36,873 nucleotides of DNA from Myxococcota bacterium (lineage in GTDB: Bacteria; Myxococcota; UBA4151). The stretch is taken from assembly GCA_036338695.1 (NCBI GenBank), contig JAYZBQ010000052.1, forward strand, positions 1-36,873, read 5' to 3'. The notes beneath the pieces are model-generated. The model was not told the DNA's origin, ran no database searches, and was given only the letters and a program-made list of their open reading frames with translations. Below, piece by piece: positions 25,855-35,793 of this stretch. Within the stretch, counting starts at the first letter, position 1. Each line of letters opens with the position of its first letter. The position numbers and the translations under genes are program-made.

Positions 25855-28800
25855 ATGCGACGACTCGCCCGTGGATTCGCCATCGTTTGGTGCGTGGCAG
25901 CATTAGGTTGCGCACAAACCATCACCGATATTGATCGGACCCGTGATAACAAAACGCCAAAGAGCCTCTTTGAGGGGCAGTGGTTCATGTTGAGCACGGT
26001 CGTCGATACGCCTGCGCAGACCCGTCACACCTTCATCGGGTTGCAAGGGTCGCATGAGATGATCGAGTGGGACATTCAAGAGTCCATGCTCATCGCCTAC
26101 CGAGTCCATGAGCACGTCGAGGGCTCAGAGGCCTATGGCGCCCGACCCGGTACGACGTACCGCGGCGCTGCGGTCGCTGCGTACCCGATCCAGCGCCACT
26201 TTGACCTCAAGCGCAGCTACAGCAGCGCAACGGGTGAGCAGAGCAACGTGCTCAGCGAGAACGCGTCGGACCGCCCCTGGAACGAGCGGGAGTACATCCG
26301 CGTGGACTGGGCGAACAACCGCATTGCGGACGCGACCTTCGGGCCGGACAACTTCCGCGTGACGTCGGGCGGCGACATCCTACACGAACGTCAAGGTTGT
26401 GAAGAGCCGGGCAGCACCGACTGCGAGCCCGGTGCGCTTGACGTCTCTGAGGACCACATTAACATCACGTCCCGTGTGATCGTAGCTCCAATTACGAGCA
26501 CGGCCTGCTTTATGGACTGGGGGATTGCCTGGGAGAGCGACGACTCCACGCTCGACTGCGAAGCAGCCGAAGTCAAAGTGCGGACCAGCTTCCTTAAGGC
26601 AGACCCTGAGCGCGAAGCGAGCTACAAGCCCTTCTACTACGACGATCGCCACTACAACAAGTTCGGTAACTTCCGGACGGACCGATTCGCCTACAACCGC
26701 GACTATGGCGTGCGCGAGACCAACCGCAAGGACATGGCTCAGCGCTGGCAGATCTGGCAGGCTGCTTCGGACGAGCAGGGCGAGCTCCCCTACGAAGACC
26801 GAGACACGCGCCCGATCGTCTTTTACCTGAACGCTGAGTTCCCAAACGAGACGACGTTGCTCGACGGCAACGACCGGGTCGAGGCGGAGTGGGATCGTGT
26901 CTTCCGTACAGCGGTGGCTGCGGCGCGCAACGACGGCTCGACGGCCGATGACATCGACCAGATGTTCTACATCTGCGAGAACCCGGTCCCCGAGGGCGCG
27001 CCCGAAGCCTGTGGCGAGCCGGGCACCTCGCCGCTGCTGGGTGATCTGCGTTACGCCATGATCCATTATACGGATCAGCCGCACCTCTCGTCGCCGCTTG
27101 GGTATGGTCCCTCATCGGCGAACCCGCTGACCGGCCGAATCTATCACGCCACGGCGAACATCTATGGCGCCTCGCTGACGACGTACGCTCAGTACGCCAC
27201 CGATATGGTCAAGCTCCTCAACGGGGACCTGAGCATGGAAGATTACCACGGCGACTACTTCGAGGACGCGATCAACAACGACGAACAACGTCTCACCATG
27301 CACGCGGCGATGGACACCGAGATGCTTCGTGGGCTGTCGGTTGAGTCTCGGCTCGATCGAGCCCGCGAGAGCCTGGTTCGAGCCATCCATGATGGCGACC
27401 TCGAGTCCGACTGGAGCGAGCCGATCCGTCAGCGCATGCGCGGCACCACGCTCGAGACGGCGGGGTTGACCCCGGAGATGATTCACGGGCTTACGGGCGG
27501 TCGCCTCGAGCAGACCGACGAGCGCTCGGCGCAGGTCAGCCCACTAAACATGCTCGGCACCGACTGGCGTAAGCAGCAAAAGGCGCGCGAGCGCTTCCGG
27601 GAGCGCAACGGCTGCATCCTAGCGCCGGAGTTTGACGACGACGCGGTGCTGATCGTCGCTCAGCGTTTAGCGCGTGACCCGAGCTTGAAGAACCCGGACG
27701 GCTCGATGAACTACGAGGCGGTACGCGACAAGGTGAAGCAAGAGATCTACGTCGGGGTTCTGCTCCACGAGCTCGGCCACACGGTCGGCATGGCGCACAA
27801 CTTCTCGTCGTCGAACGACGCCATCAACTTCCATGACGAGTACTGGGAGATCCGGGCGCGGCAAAACAACGTCGAGCCCTTCTTCACGATGACGCCGGAA
27901 GATCGCGCCACGGCGATGAACGCAACGTCGAACACGGGTCACGGACTCAAGGAGTATCAGTACTCCTCCATTATGGAGTACGGTCGCCGCTGGATGAGCG
28001 ACATCGCGTTGCTCGGTAAGTACGACCAAGCCTTCGTGAAGTTCTCGTATGGGCGCACCGTCGAGGTCTGGGACCACCAAGGCGTCCCGACAACTCGCTA
28101 CGAGGGCCTCAAAGAGAAGCTTCAACCCTACAACTACCACTACAGCATGTACCCGAAGATCTTCGCCTTTGGCAGCAACATGGGTGATCGAGACGCCGTG
28201 CAGCGCTTCAAGCAGCGCAAAGACGTCCCGATGGATCAGGTCGGTGAAGGGGAAGGGTTCCTCTACAGCCCGGACCAAGAGGTGTTCTATCGGTTCTGCG
28301 ACAACACCCACGACGGCCGCTTCGGTTGGTGCCGTCCCTTCGACGAGGGCGCCGATCAGTGGGAGCAGGTCGCCGCGGTTGTCGACGACTACGAGGGCTA
28401 CTATCCGCTCTACAACTTCCGCCGCGATCGATTGGGCTTCGGCACCAACATGAACGGTTACCTGAACCAAGTCCTCGGGCGCTTTGACGACATCTCGGCT
28501 CAGTACAAGCACTTCGTCAACGAGCAGATGTTCCTGCGCGGCGACCAGGATTGTGTTCACCCGGTGACCGGGCAGCCGGTGCAAGCCAATGGTCGCAACC
28601 TGAAGACCTGGGAGAGCCCGATCTGCGGCGGTGACGGGCACGCAGCCAGCCGTCTCGGCTTCGATATGTTCGCTCGGGTGATGCAGCAGCCGGACCTCGG
28701 TACCTACATCTGGAACAACGAACTCGGTGTGTACCAAGGCTTTGACCGCCGAATTAACCCCCGCACGACGCTCCCGTTCTCGCAGTTCCCGGACCTCGAA

Positions 28801-29823
28801 GAGGACCCACAGTACGACCTGGACCGTCGCTTCGAGCTCTACAACTCGCCGGCGCGTGACCACGAGACCAAGTACGACCGGGACCGCTTCGGTTACGGCT
28901 TCTACTACAAGCCGCTGTCGATCGGTGTGTGGTGGGATAAGTACATGGCTCTGAACGCCATGATCACACCGGGCGAGAACTTCGCCTACACCGACACCCG
29001 CCCGGAGCTGCTGCGCTACAACATCAACTGGTCGTTCATGTTCCCTGGCGAGATGCTGAACATCGCAGGCGCTGCTGCCTCGCAAGCCTACTCCGGTTAT
29101 GCGCCGCTCTACGACGGCGAGAAGGTGGTCTGGCGACGCTTCGCGACCGCAACCGCCGACGAGCGGGATGCTTACGCCAACATGGAGGTCATCTCTCCGG
29201 GTGATAACTACAGCGTACGCTTCCTCTCGGTTATTATGGGGACGGCGTGGATGCCACAGGTGACCATGGATAAGACCTTCAACCAGGCGTTCAAGATCGG
29301 CGTGGTCGGTGCGCAGGACCAGTTCGACGTACCGGACGAGATCCGGAACAACCCGGACCTCTACGTCGAGCTCCGAGACCCGGTTACCCACCGAGTCTAC
29401 TACGCGGTCAACACCGGGCGGATCAGCCAGACGGTGTCGGATTACGGCGGCGCTGCGCCGCTCTCGCCGGGCTACGAGCTGCTCAAGCGGACCCGGGATC
29501 AGTTCCTCGATGCGCAAGGGAACCTGCGAGCCGACAAGCTCGAGATCGAGGTCAACCAGCGCGTAGACGACGAGATCGAGGAGCGCACGGACGAGCTCTT
29601 GGCTGAAGCAGAGGCTGCGGATGTCTGCATCAACGCAAGCGATTCGGCTCAGAATCGACGTGACTGCAACCGCTTGCGAGCGGACGCTGTCCGAAATGGA
29701 CAGACCGAAGGGCGCGAGCGCGCCGAGGCGGCGGCTCGCCACCTCCTCAACGCCCAACTGCACAACGCTTTCTACTTCCCTGACCTCATCCGCGGCTTCG
29801 TGTACGCGTATGAGAACTACTAG
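25855..29823 (+). CDS. Giant zinc-dependent metalloprotease lipoprotein (metzincin, EcxA/DUF4953-like), paralog 1
   Basis: Lipobox ALGC; HELGHTVGMAHNF (HExxHxxGxxH, 27766-27798); Met-turn YSSIMEY; LGKYD. Confidence 0.88.
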   Translation: MRRLARGFAIVWCVAALGCAQTITDIDRTRDNKTPKSLFEGQWFMLSTVVDTPAQTRHTFIGLQGSHEMIEWDIQESMLIAYRVHEHVEGSEAYGARPGTTYRGAAVAAYPIQRHFDLKRSYSSATGEQSNVLSENASDRPWNEREYIRVDWANNRIADATFGPDNFRVTSGGDILHERQGCEEPGSTDCEPGALDVSEDHINITSRVIVAPITSTACFMDWGIAWESDDSTLDCEAAEVKVRTSFLKADPEREASYKPFYYDDRHYNKFGNFRTDRFAYNRDYGVRETNRKDMAQRWQIWQAASDEQGELPYEDRDTRPIVFYLNAEFPNETTLLDGNDRVEAEWDRVFRTAVAAARNDGSTADDIDQMFYICENPVPEGAPEACGEPGTSPLLGDLRYAMIHYTDQPHLSSPLGYGPSSANPLTGRIYHATANIYGASLTTYAQYATDMVKLLNGDLSMEDYHGDYFEDAINNDEQRLTMHAAMDTEMLRGLSVESRLDRARESLVRAIHDGDLESDWSEPIRQRMRGTTLETAGLTPEMIHGLTGGRLEQTDERSAQVSPLNMLGTDWRKQQKARERFRERNGCILAPEFDDDAVLIVAQRLARDPSLKNPDGSMNYEAVRDKVKQEIYVGVLLHELGHTVGMAHNFSSSNDAINFHDEYWEIRARQNNVEPFFTMTPEDRATAMNATSNTGHGLKEYQYSSIMEYGRRWMSDIALLGKYDQAFVKFSYGRTVEVWDHQGVPTTRYEGLKEKLQPYNYHYSMYPKIFAFGSNMGDRDAVQRFKQRKDVPMDQVGEGEGFLYSPDQEVFYRFCDNTHDGRFGWCRPFDEGADQWEQVAAVVDDYEGYYPLYNFRRDRLGFGTNMNGYLNQVLGRFDDISAQYKHFVNEQMFLRGDQDCVHPVTGQPVQANGRNLKTWESPICGGDGHAASRLGFDMFARVMQQPDLGTYIWNNELGVYQGFDRRINPRTTLPFSQFPDLEEDPQYDLDRRFELYNSPARDHETKYDRDRFGYGFYYKPLSIGVWWDKYMALNAMITPGENFAYTDTRPELLRYNINWSFMFPGEMLNIAGAAASQAYSGYAPLYDGEKVVWRRFATATADERDAYANMEVISPGDNYSVRFLSVIMGTAWMPQVTMDKTFNQAFKIGVVGAQDQFDVPDEIRNNPDLYVELRDPVTHRVYYAVNTGRISQTVSDYGGAAPLSPGYELLKRTRDQFLDAQGNLRADKLEIEVNQRVDDEIEERTDELLAEAEAADVCINASDSAQNRRDCNRLRADAVRNGQTEGRERAEAAARHLLNAQLHNAFYFPDLIRGFVYAYENY

Positions 29824-29838
29824 CGGGGAGACAGGAAC

Positions 29839-32800
29839 ATGAAAAACATGAAGAAGTTAGCTGTTCTCTTCCTCCTCGCGTCCTGCGCTGGGAGCATCGA
29901 AGACATCGACCGCACGCAGCCCAACATCCTCGAGAAGGACTTCTTCTCGGGTGAGTGGTACGCCAGCTGGACGGCGATCGACGTCCCGTACACCACCGGC
30001 TTCACCTTTATCGGTGCGGGCGAGGGGATCGAGCGGGTCAAGTGGGATGTCACGAAGTCTGGCCTGATCGCCTATCGCTCGTACGACCTGGTCGAGGGCG
30101 TGGATCAGGACAACCCGCGCGAAGGCGCCGACGTGCGCGGTCCGATGATGTATCACTTCCCGATTCGGGGTCATTTTGACGTCGAGCGCGCCTACAACCC
30201 GCAGACGGGTGAGCAGAGCAACGTGCTCACCGAGAACATGGCGGACTGTGAGTGGTACGAGTGCAAGCAGTTCCGCGTGGACTGGAGCTCCAACATCCGC
30301 TGGCGTGCGGGCAATGGCAGCTACTACATCCAAGAGAACGATGACGACGACCCTGAGGACGCGATCCGTATCGACAAAGAGAACGGTCACCTCGAGGTCA
30401 CCATCAAGGCGTTCTTTAAGCCGGAGCTCGACGCTGAGCTGACCGCTTACTACGGCTTCCCCATCCCGAAGTGCTGGCTGTACGCCAACCCGTACTGGGA
30501 TTGCCGCGGTCAGACCGTCCGTGTGCGCATGACGTTTAGTCGCATCCCGCACACGGGCGATGTCCGTGACGAGAACGGCAACCTGACCAAGGTGGGCACG
30601 CCGACGACCGATGATTATGAGCCCACGGAGTTCAACGATCACCGCCTCGAGCGCTTTGGCTTCTTCCGCACCACGCGCTTTCACCGCGACCCGCACTACG
30701 GCGCGCGCGAGTCGAACCGTGACCACTTCGCCAACCTGCACCCGATCTGGAAGAAGGTGCGCGACGACAACGGTCAGCTGATTCCGGTCGCTCAGCGCGA
30801 GCCCAAGCCGATCGTCTACTACCTCAACAAGCAGTTCCCAGGCGCCAACGCGCCCGTGAACTTGGTGCCCGAGGCGCAAGCTGTCGCCGCCGAGTGGAGC
30901 GAGGTGCTCAAAGAGGCGGTTGCGGCAGCTCAGGGGAAATCGATGGACGATGTCCCTGAGATGTTCGTGTTGTGTCCCAACAACCCAGTTCAGGCGGGTG
31001 ACGACGCAGTCTGCGGCCCTGAGGGGCTCGAGGTGCGCATCGGGGATCACCGCTTCAACAAGCTCCTGTGGATTCCTAACCCCGCCTCGGCTGCTCCCGG
31101 CGGCTACGGTCCGTCGCACACGGACCCGCTCTCGGGTAAGGTGGTCTCCTCGGACGCTTACATCTACGGCGCCGGCTATGAGCGCGCCGCAGCCTCGATC
31201 GTCGACCTGATCCGTCTGCTCTCGGGCGACCTGGACCAGACCTCGTATGAGAACGGCTCCGACCTGGCGATTCAGATCGAAGCCGCCAACCAACGCTACA
31301 ACGAGCAGCGCAGCGAGCTGACGCTCGAGCAGGTGACGCGCAGCGTCCGCAAGCTCGAGCGCTCGGGCTTGCCGCAGCGGATCGCTGAGCAGGTTCAGAC
31401 GGGTGAGCTGGAGCACAACCACTTTGACGACATGGTGCGTCCGATGGTTCAAGCCGGCTTGCACAAGCGCTTGAGCACGCCTGAGCTGGTCACGGCGGCT
31501 GCCGGTGGGCTCATGGACGGCGAGGAGTCTCAAGAGGAATTCGAGCGCTTCAACGCGCTGACCCTGGCGCGTGACATCGCGCACCGTCATGAGCACCGGC
31601 TCCAGCGGGCGGGCGCTCAGGCGATCGACCTCAACCTCTTCTCGGATGACGCCATGCTTCAGCTGGCGCGTCGACTGCGCTCCAAGCCCGAGCTGCAGAC
31701 CAACGGCCAGCCAGATTACGATAAGATCCGTCCGCTGATCATGAAGATGATGTTCCGCGCGACGGCGCTGCACGAGATCGGGCACAACCTGGGGCTGCGG
31801 CACAACTTCGCCGGCAGCGCCGACGCCCTGAACTTCCACGACGGCTACTGGTCGGAGAAGGCACGCCTCGGCATCCTGGATCCTGAGTTCCGCCTCTCCT
31901 CGAGCGCGCTTACGGCGCTCGCCGAGCAGACCGACGAGAACGGTGTGTCTCTGCGTGAGTACCAATACTCATCGATCATGGACTACGGCGGCCGCTGGTA
32001 CGCGGACCTCCAGGGTCTGGGTAAGTATGACCGTGCGGCGATCCTCTATGGCTACGCCAACAAGGTCGAGGTGTGGAACTTTGAGGGGCGTGACCGCCTC
32101 GCCAACGTGAACACCCGGGCGCTGTGGTCGCCGAACAACTACCACTACACCGCGTATCCTCGCATTCTCGCCGGCTTGCCGCTGGATGCGCCGACCCGGC
32201 AAGGGGCGACGACGACGGTGGGTGGACAGCCGGTGACCGAGGTCATTGGGCTGATCAAGCAGCGGACGCTGGCGGACGTGGACGCCGATGATAAGCTGCT
32301 CGACGAGTCGCTCGAAAATCTGCGCGTGCCCTATCGCTTCTGCTCGGATGAGTACGCAGGCGGCTCAAGCTACTGCCACCGCTTTGACGAGGGCGCAGAC
32401 GTCTACGAGACCGTGCGCAATAAGATCAACCGCGCCGAAGGGTATCGCCCGCTGGCGGCGAACCGGCGTGAGCGCGCCGGCTGGCACACCAGCTGGAGCT
32501 ACATGGATTGGTCGATGGACACGTTCAACTTCCTGAGCGCGCAGTACAAGCACTTCGTGAACGAAGAGTTTATCGTCCGTCGTGACTGGGACTGCATCGA
32601 CCCGAGCAACGGTCAGCCGCTGATGCGCAAAGACGAAAATGGCGACCCCATCGAAGACGGTGAGATCGCCCACTACATCGCCGAGCAATGCGGGCTCGAA
32701 CAGTTCGCTGCCGGCGCGCTGGCTGCTCAGCACTTCGTCAAGGTCTTACAGCAGCCGGACCTTGGGACCTACTGCTGGAATGAGGTGCGTCAGGTCTATG

Positions 32801-33735
32801 AGCGCTCGGCGTCGGCGAACCCGACCTGCGAGGACTCCATCGTCCTCGACGGCGTCAACGATGACGGCGTCGGCCACCTGTCGAAGTGGGATCCTGAGAA
32901 CACCGGCTACTACGCCTTCATCAAGCCGGTTTATGCCGGTCACTGGATGGATAAGTGGGGTGCGCTGACCTACCTGACCGAGACGACCACGAACTTTGTC
33001 GGGGTCGACTCCTCGTCGGATACGCGCTCGTTCTCGATCAACTTCCTCGGCATCTTCGGTGACAACTTCCACAACATCATCTCGGGCGTCGTCATGGGTG
33101 ATCCCATGCTGTATGGTCCGGCGTGGCGAATTCCGGACCCGGAAGATGAGACCGACGAGGGTGAGTACGAGCGGCGTGAGGCGATCTCGCTGTTCCTGAC
33201 GCAGCCCTTTGACTTGACCGAGTACCGCATGATCGATCCAGGCGACCGCTTCTTCACTCGCTACGTCTCACTGATCATGGCGGCAGCGTGGGCGGTTCAG
33301 GAGACCAACAACCGTGACCTGAACGCCAACTTCAAAATCGGTATGGTCGGCTCGATCGACGATCAGATGGTTCCGGCTGACATCAAGAACGACCCGGAGC
33401 GCTACATCGAGTTTACGAACCCGGTGACGCATCGCACGTACTTTGCGGTCAAGACGGAGACCTACGCCTACAACTTGCCTCGCGAAGACGCCGAGCCGTT
33501 CATCAGCCTCGGCTATGACATGCTGCGTAAGATCCGCGACCGCTACTACGAGAACGGTCAGTTCCGTCAGGTCGTGCTGGATCAGGCGCGGGATGAGGCG
33601 ACTCAGGAAGATCCTTCGCTTGCGGGCGCTGAGCTCGACGCAGCCGTGTTGGAGCTCGCCAACAACAAGGTGCATCAAGAGTTCCTGTGGGTCGACCTGA
33701 TCCGTTCGATCGTTGATACCTACGAAATGCGCTGA
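29839..33735 (+). CDS. Giant zinc-dependent metalloprotease lipoprotein (metzincin, EcxA/DUF4953-like), paralog 2
   Basis: Lipobox LASC; HEIGHNLGLRHNF (31771-31803); Met-turn YSSIMDY; colinear with paralog 1; alternative start 29848. Confidence 0.88.
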   Translation: MKNMKKLAVLFLLASCAGSIEDIDRTQPNILEKDFFSGEWYASWTAIDVPYTTGFTFIGAGEGIERVKWDVTKSGLIAYRSYDLVEGVDQDNPREGADVRGPMMYHFPIRGHFDVERAYNPQTGEQSNVLTENMADCEWYECKQFRVDWSSNIRWRAGNGSYYIQENDDDDPEDAIRIDKENGHLEVTIKAFFKPELDAELTAYYGFPIPKCWLYANPYWDCRGQTVRVRMTFSRIPHTGDVRDENGNLTKVGTPTTDDYEPTEFNDHRLERFGFFRTTRFHRDPHYGARESNRDHFANLHPIWKKVRDDNGQLIPVAQREPKPIVYYLNKQFPGANAPVNLVPEAQAVAAEWSEVLKEAVAAAQGKSMDDVPEMFVLCPNNPVQAGDDAVCGPEGLEVRIGDHRFNKLLWIPNPASAAPGGYGPSHTDPLSGKVVSSDAYIYGAGYERAAASIVDLIRLLSGDLDQTSYENGSDLAIQIEAANQRYNEQRSELTLEQVTRSVRKLERSGLPQRIAEQVQTGELEHNHFDDMVRPMVQAGLHKRLSTPELVTAAAGGLMDGEESQEEFERFNALTLARDIAHRHEHRLQRAGAQAIDLNLFSDDAMLQLARRLRSKPELQTNGQPDYDKIRPLIMKMMFRATALHEIGHNLGLRHNFAGSADALNFHDGYWSEKARLGILDPEFRLSSSALTALAEQTDENGVSLREYQYSSIMDYGGRWYADLQGLGKYDRAAILYGYANKVEVWNFEGRDRLANVNTRALWSPNNYHYTAYPRILAGLPLDAPTRQGATTTVGGQPVTEVIGLIKQRTLADVDADDKLLDESLENLRVPYRFCSDEYAGGSSYCHRFDEGADVYETVRNKINRAEGYRPLAANRRERAGWHTSWSYMDWSMDTFNFLSAQYKHFVNEEFIVRRDWDCIDPSNGQPLMRKDENGDPIEDGEIAHYIAEQCGLEQFAAGALAAQHFVKVLQQPDLGTYCWNEVRQVYERSASANPTCEDSIVLDGVNDDGVGHLSKWDPENTGYYAFIKPVYAGHWMDKWGALTYLTETTTNFVGVDSSSDTRSFSINFLGIFGDNFHNIISGVVMGDPMLYGPAWRIPDPEDETDEGEYERREAISLFLTQPFDLTEYRMIDPGDRFFTRYVSLIMAAAWAVQETNNRDLNANFKIGMVGSIDDQMVPADIKNDPERYIEFTNPVTHRTYFAVKTETYAYNLPREDAEPFISLGYDMLRKIRDRYYENGQFRQVVLDQARDEATQEDPSLAGAELDAAVLELANNKVHQEFLWVDLIRSIVDTYEMR

Positions 33736-33740
33736 GCCAG

Positions 33741-35048
33741 GTGATGCGCCTACGTACGGTATGGAGGTCGGCCGCAGCTGCGGTCGGCCTTTGTTTTTTG
33801 CTGGCTTGTCCGAGCGAAGAGACCAGCCCAGACGCAGGTCCTGTGAGCACCGAGTGGCCGGTTCATGGTCGCCCGGGTGAGGCGCCGCTTGCGGTCCCTG
33901 ATACCATCCCGGTCGATCAGTTCTGCGCGTTCATGGAAGAGAGCATCTGCGACTATCAGATCCGCTGTGATCCAACGGCGAACTATCAGCGGATTGAGCC
34001 ATGCAAGCTGGACGAGCGGCTACCGATCTTTAACTGCCTGACCCGCTGGCAGTATCCCTTCATGGAGCGTCAGGCGATGGGGACGTTGCGCTACGACGGG
34101 GCTGCCGTCTCGGCTTGTCTGCGCGCGCTCAACGTCGAGCAGTGCATCCCTTGGGATCAGGTAGAGGCCTGTGATTTTGCGCGCTTTACGCAAGGGCAAG
34201 GGATCCTGGGCGCGTGCTGTTTTGACTCGAGCGAGTGCTCAAGCGGCTACTGCGGCGACCGCGGACCCAACCCCGAGCCTTCCACGCGCGGTCGGTGCCG
34301 CGCCAAACTCGGAGAGGGCAGCGGGCGCTGCTTCTATGATTCGGAGTGTGAGCCGGGTCTGCGCTGCAGCGGAGGGATCTGCGCCTCGCCGATCGCCGTC
34401 GGTGAGCCGTGCCGAAACTCAGGCACCCCTTGTGTCGAGGGGGCCCACTGTGTGGGCGAGCGAGATGATACGCGCTGCGAAGCGGCGGCGCCGCGCGGCA
34501 TGCGCTGTGACCTGTTCAACAATCGCTTTCCGCCTTGCGCACGCGGGCTGGGCTGCGAGCAAGGCGCCAATGACCGTTACGGCATCTGCATTCCTCAGCT
34601 TCAAGAGGGCGAACCCTGCGGTGAAGAGGTCGCCTGTTCGCAAGGGCTTCGGTGCAGCGTCCCCGACCCGACCTCGGGCTCGGCCTGCACGCACCTCGAC
34701 TACGGTGATGAGGGTGACGATTGCGAGGTCGGCTCGGGCACGAGCCGGTGCAACACGCGCACGACCTGCCAAGTGGCGCCCGGGACCCGCTCGGGTGTCT
34801 GTACGGCGTATGCCGACCTTGGCGAGGCCTGCGACGGGCGTCAGCCGTGTCGTCGGGGTTGGTGTCGTCCGCTCGACTGCGATGACCTGAGCCAGCCCTG
34901 CTCGCTTGGGCGCGCTGGGACCTGCTCAGCGTTTCAAGACTTGGGTGACCCCTGCACGAGCCAAGGGCAGTGCGGTCCAGAGGATGCGGGTCGGTTTTGC
35001 AGCTCGGAGAACGTCTGCTCGGGCCGCTCGGTGAACAGCTGTCAATAG
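33741..35048 (+). CDS. Cys-rich repeat lipoprotein (Dickkopf/EB-like 4-Cys modules)
   Basis: Lipobox LLAC; 46 Cys by hand count; recurrent G[E/D]xC-x5-9-C-x4-5-C-xn-C units; start GTG 33741 or ATG 33744. Confidence 0.8.
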   Translation: MMRLRTVWRSAAAAVGLCFLLACPSEETSPDAGPVSTEWPVHGRPGEAPLAVPDTIPVDQFCAFMEESICDYQIRCDPTANYQRIEPCKLDERLPIFNCLTRWQYPFMERQAMGTLRYDGAAVSACLRALNVEQCIPWDQVEACDFARFTQGQGILGACCFDSSECSSGYCGDRGPNPEPSTRGRCRAKLGEGSGRCFYDSECEPGLRCSGGICASPIAVGEPCRNSGTPCVEGAHCVGERDDTRCEAAAPRGMRCDLFNNRFPPCARGLGCEQGANDRYGICIPQLQEGEPCGEEVACSQGLRCSVPDPTSGSACTHLDYGDEGDDCEVGSGTSRCNTRTTCQVAPGTRSGVCTAYADLGEACDGRQPCRRGWCRPLDCDDLSQPCSLGRAGTCSAFQDLGDPCTSQGQCGPEDAGRFCSSENVCSGRSVNSCQ

Positions 35049-35052
35049 CGCC

Positions 35053-35793
35053 ATGATCGATCTGCACACCCACATCCTTCCAGGGATTGACGACGGACCG
35101 GTCGACTGGGCCGAGAGCCTTTCTCTGGCTCAAGCCTTGCAGGACGCTGGCGTCACCGAGGTGGCGGCGACCAGTCACATCAAGCCGCCGATCTGGCCGA
35201 ATGATCAGGCCGGGCTCAAAGCGCTTCGGGCGGAGCTCGACGAGCGCTTGGATGCGCGCGGGATCCAGCTCACGGTCCACGCAGGCGCCGAGCACTGGTG
35301 GTGCGGCGCCGTGCTCGACGATCTGGCGCAGGGGCTGGGGCAGCCCTACGGAGCGGGCAAGGCGTTTTTGATCGAGATCCAGCCCAACGACGACCCGCCC
35401 TTGTTTGAAGAGCGGCTCTATCGGCTGCAGCGAGCCGGCTACAAGCCGGTGCTCGCGCATGTCGAGCGCTACCGAATCTTTGACGGGCGGAAAGGGCGCC
35501 TGCGCCTGCGCACGCTGGTGGAACGGGGCATCGCCGCTCAGGTCAACCTGGGGTCTTTTGGGCGCGGCCTCGGGTGGGCGCGTGGCGGGAACGCAAAGAA
35601 GTTTTTGCTCGACGGGTTGGTCGCCGTCGTCTGCGGCGATTGTCATCGCGCCGACGACGTCCCGGCCGCTTACGGCAAAGGGCTCAGGCAGCTTCGAGCG
35701 CTTGGCGGTGACTCGGCGGTTGAGCGGCTGCTGCGACGCAACCCTGCCTCGTTGTTGGCGGGTAAAGAAGTTGATCCATGGGTTCCCGTTTAG
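35053..35793 (+). CDS. PHP-family Mn-dependent protein-tyrosine phosphatase (CpsB/CapC/YwqE-like)
   Basis: MIDLHTHILPGIDDG, ATSH, GAE, VLAHVERY, QVN, GDCH, NP. Confidence 0.9.
   Translation: MIDLHTHILPGIDDGPVDWAESLSLAQALQDAGVTEVAATSHIKPPIWPNDQAGLKALRAELDERLDARGIQLTVHAGAEHWWCGAVLDDLAQGLGQPYGAGKAFLIEIQPNDDPPLFEERLYRLQRAGYKPVLAHVERYRIFDGRKGRLRLRTLVERGIAAQVNLGSFGRGLGWARGGNAKKFLLDGLVAVVCGDCHRADDVPAAYGKGLRQLRALGGDSAVERLLRRNPASLLAGKEVDPWVPV

Noticed and set aside
27667..31965. Long antisense ORFs (698 aa and 702 aa) opposite the metalloproteases
   Set aside because: Shadow frames expected from biased codon use in GC-rich genes; no recognisable motifs, and the sense genes have clear catalytic signatures
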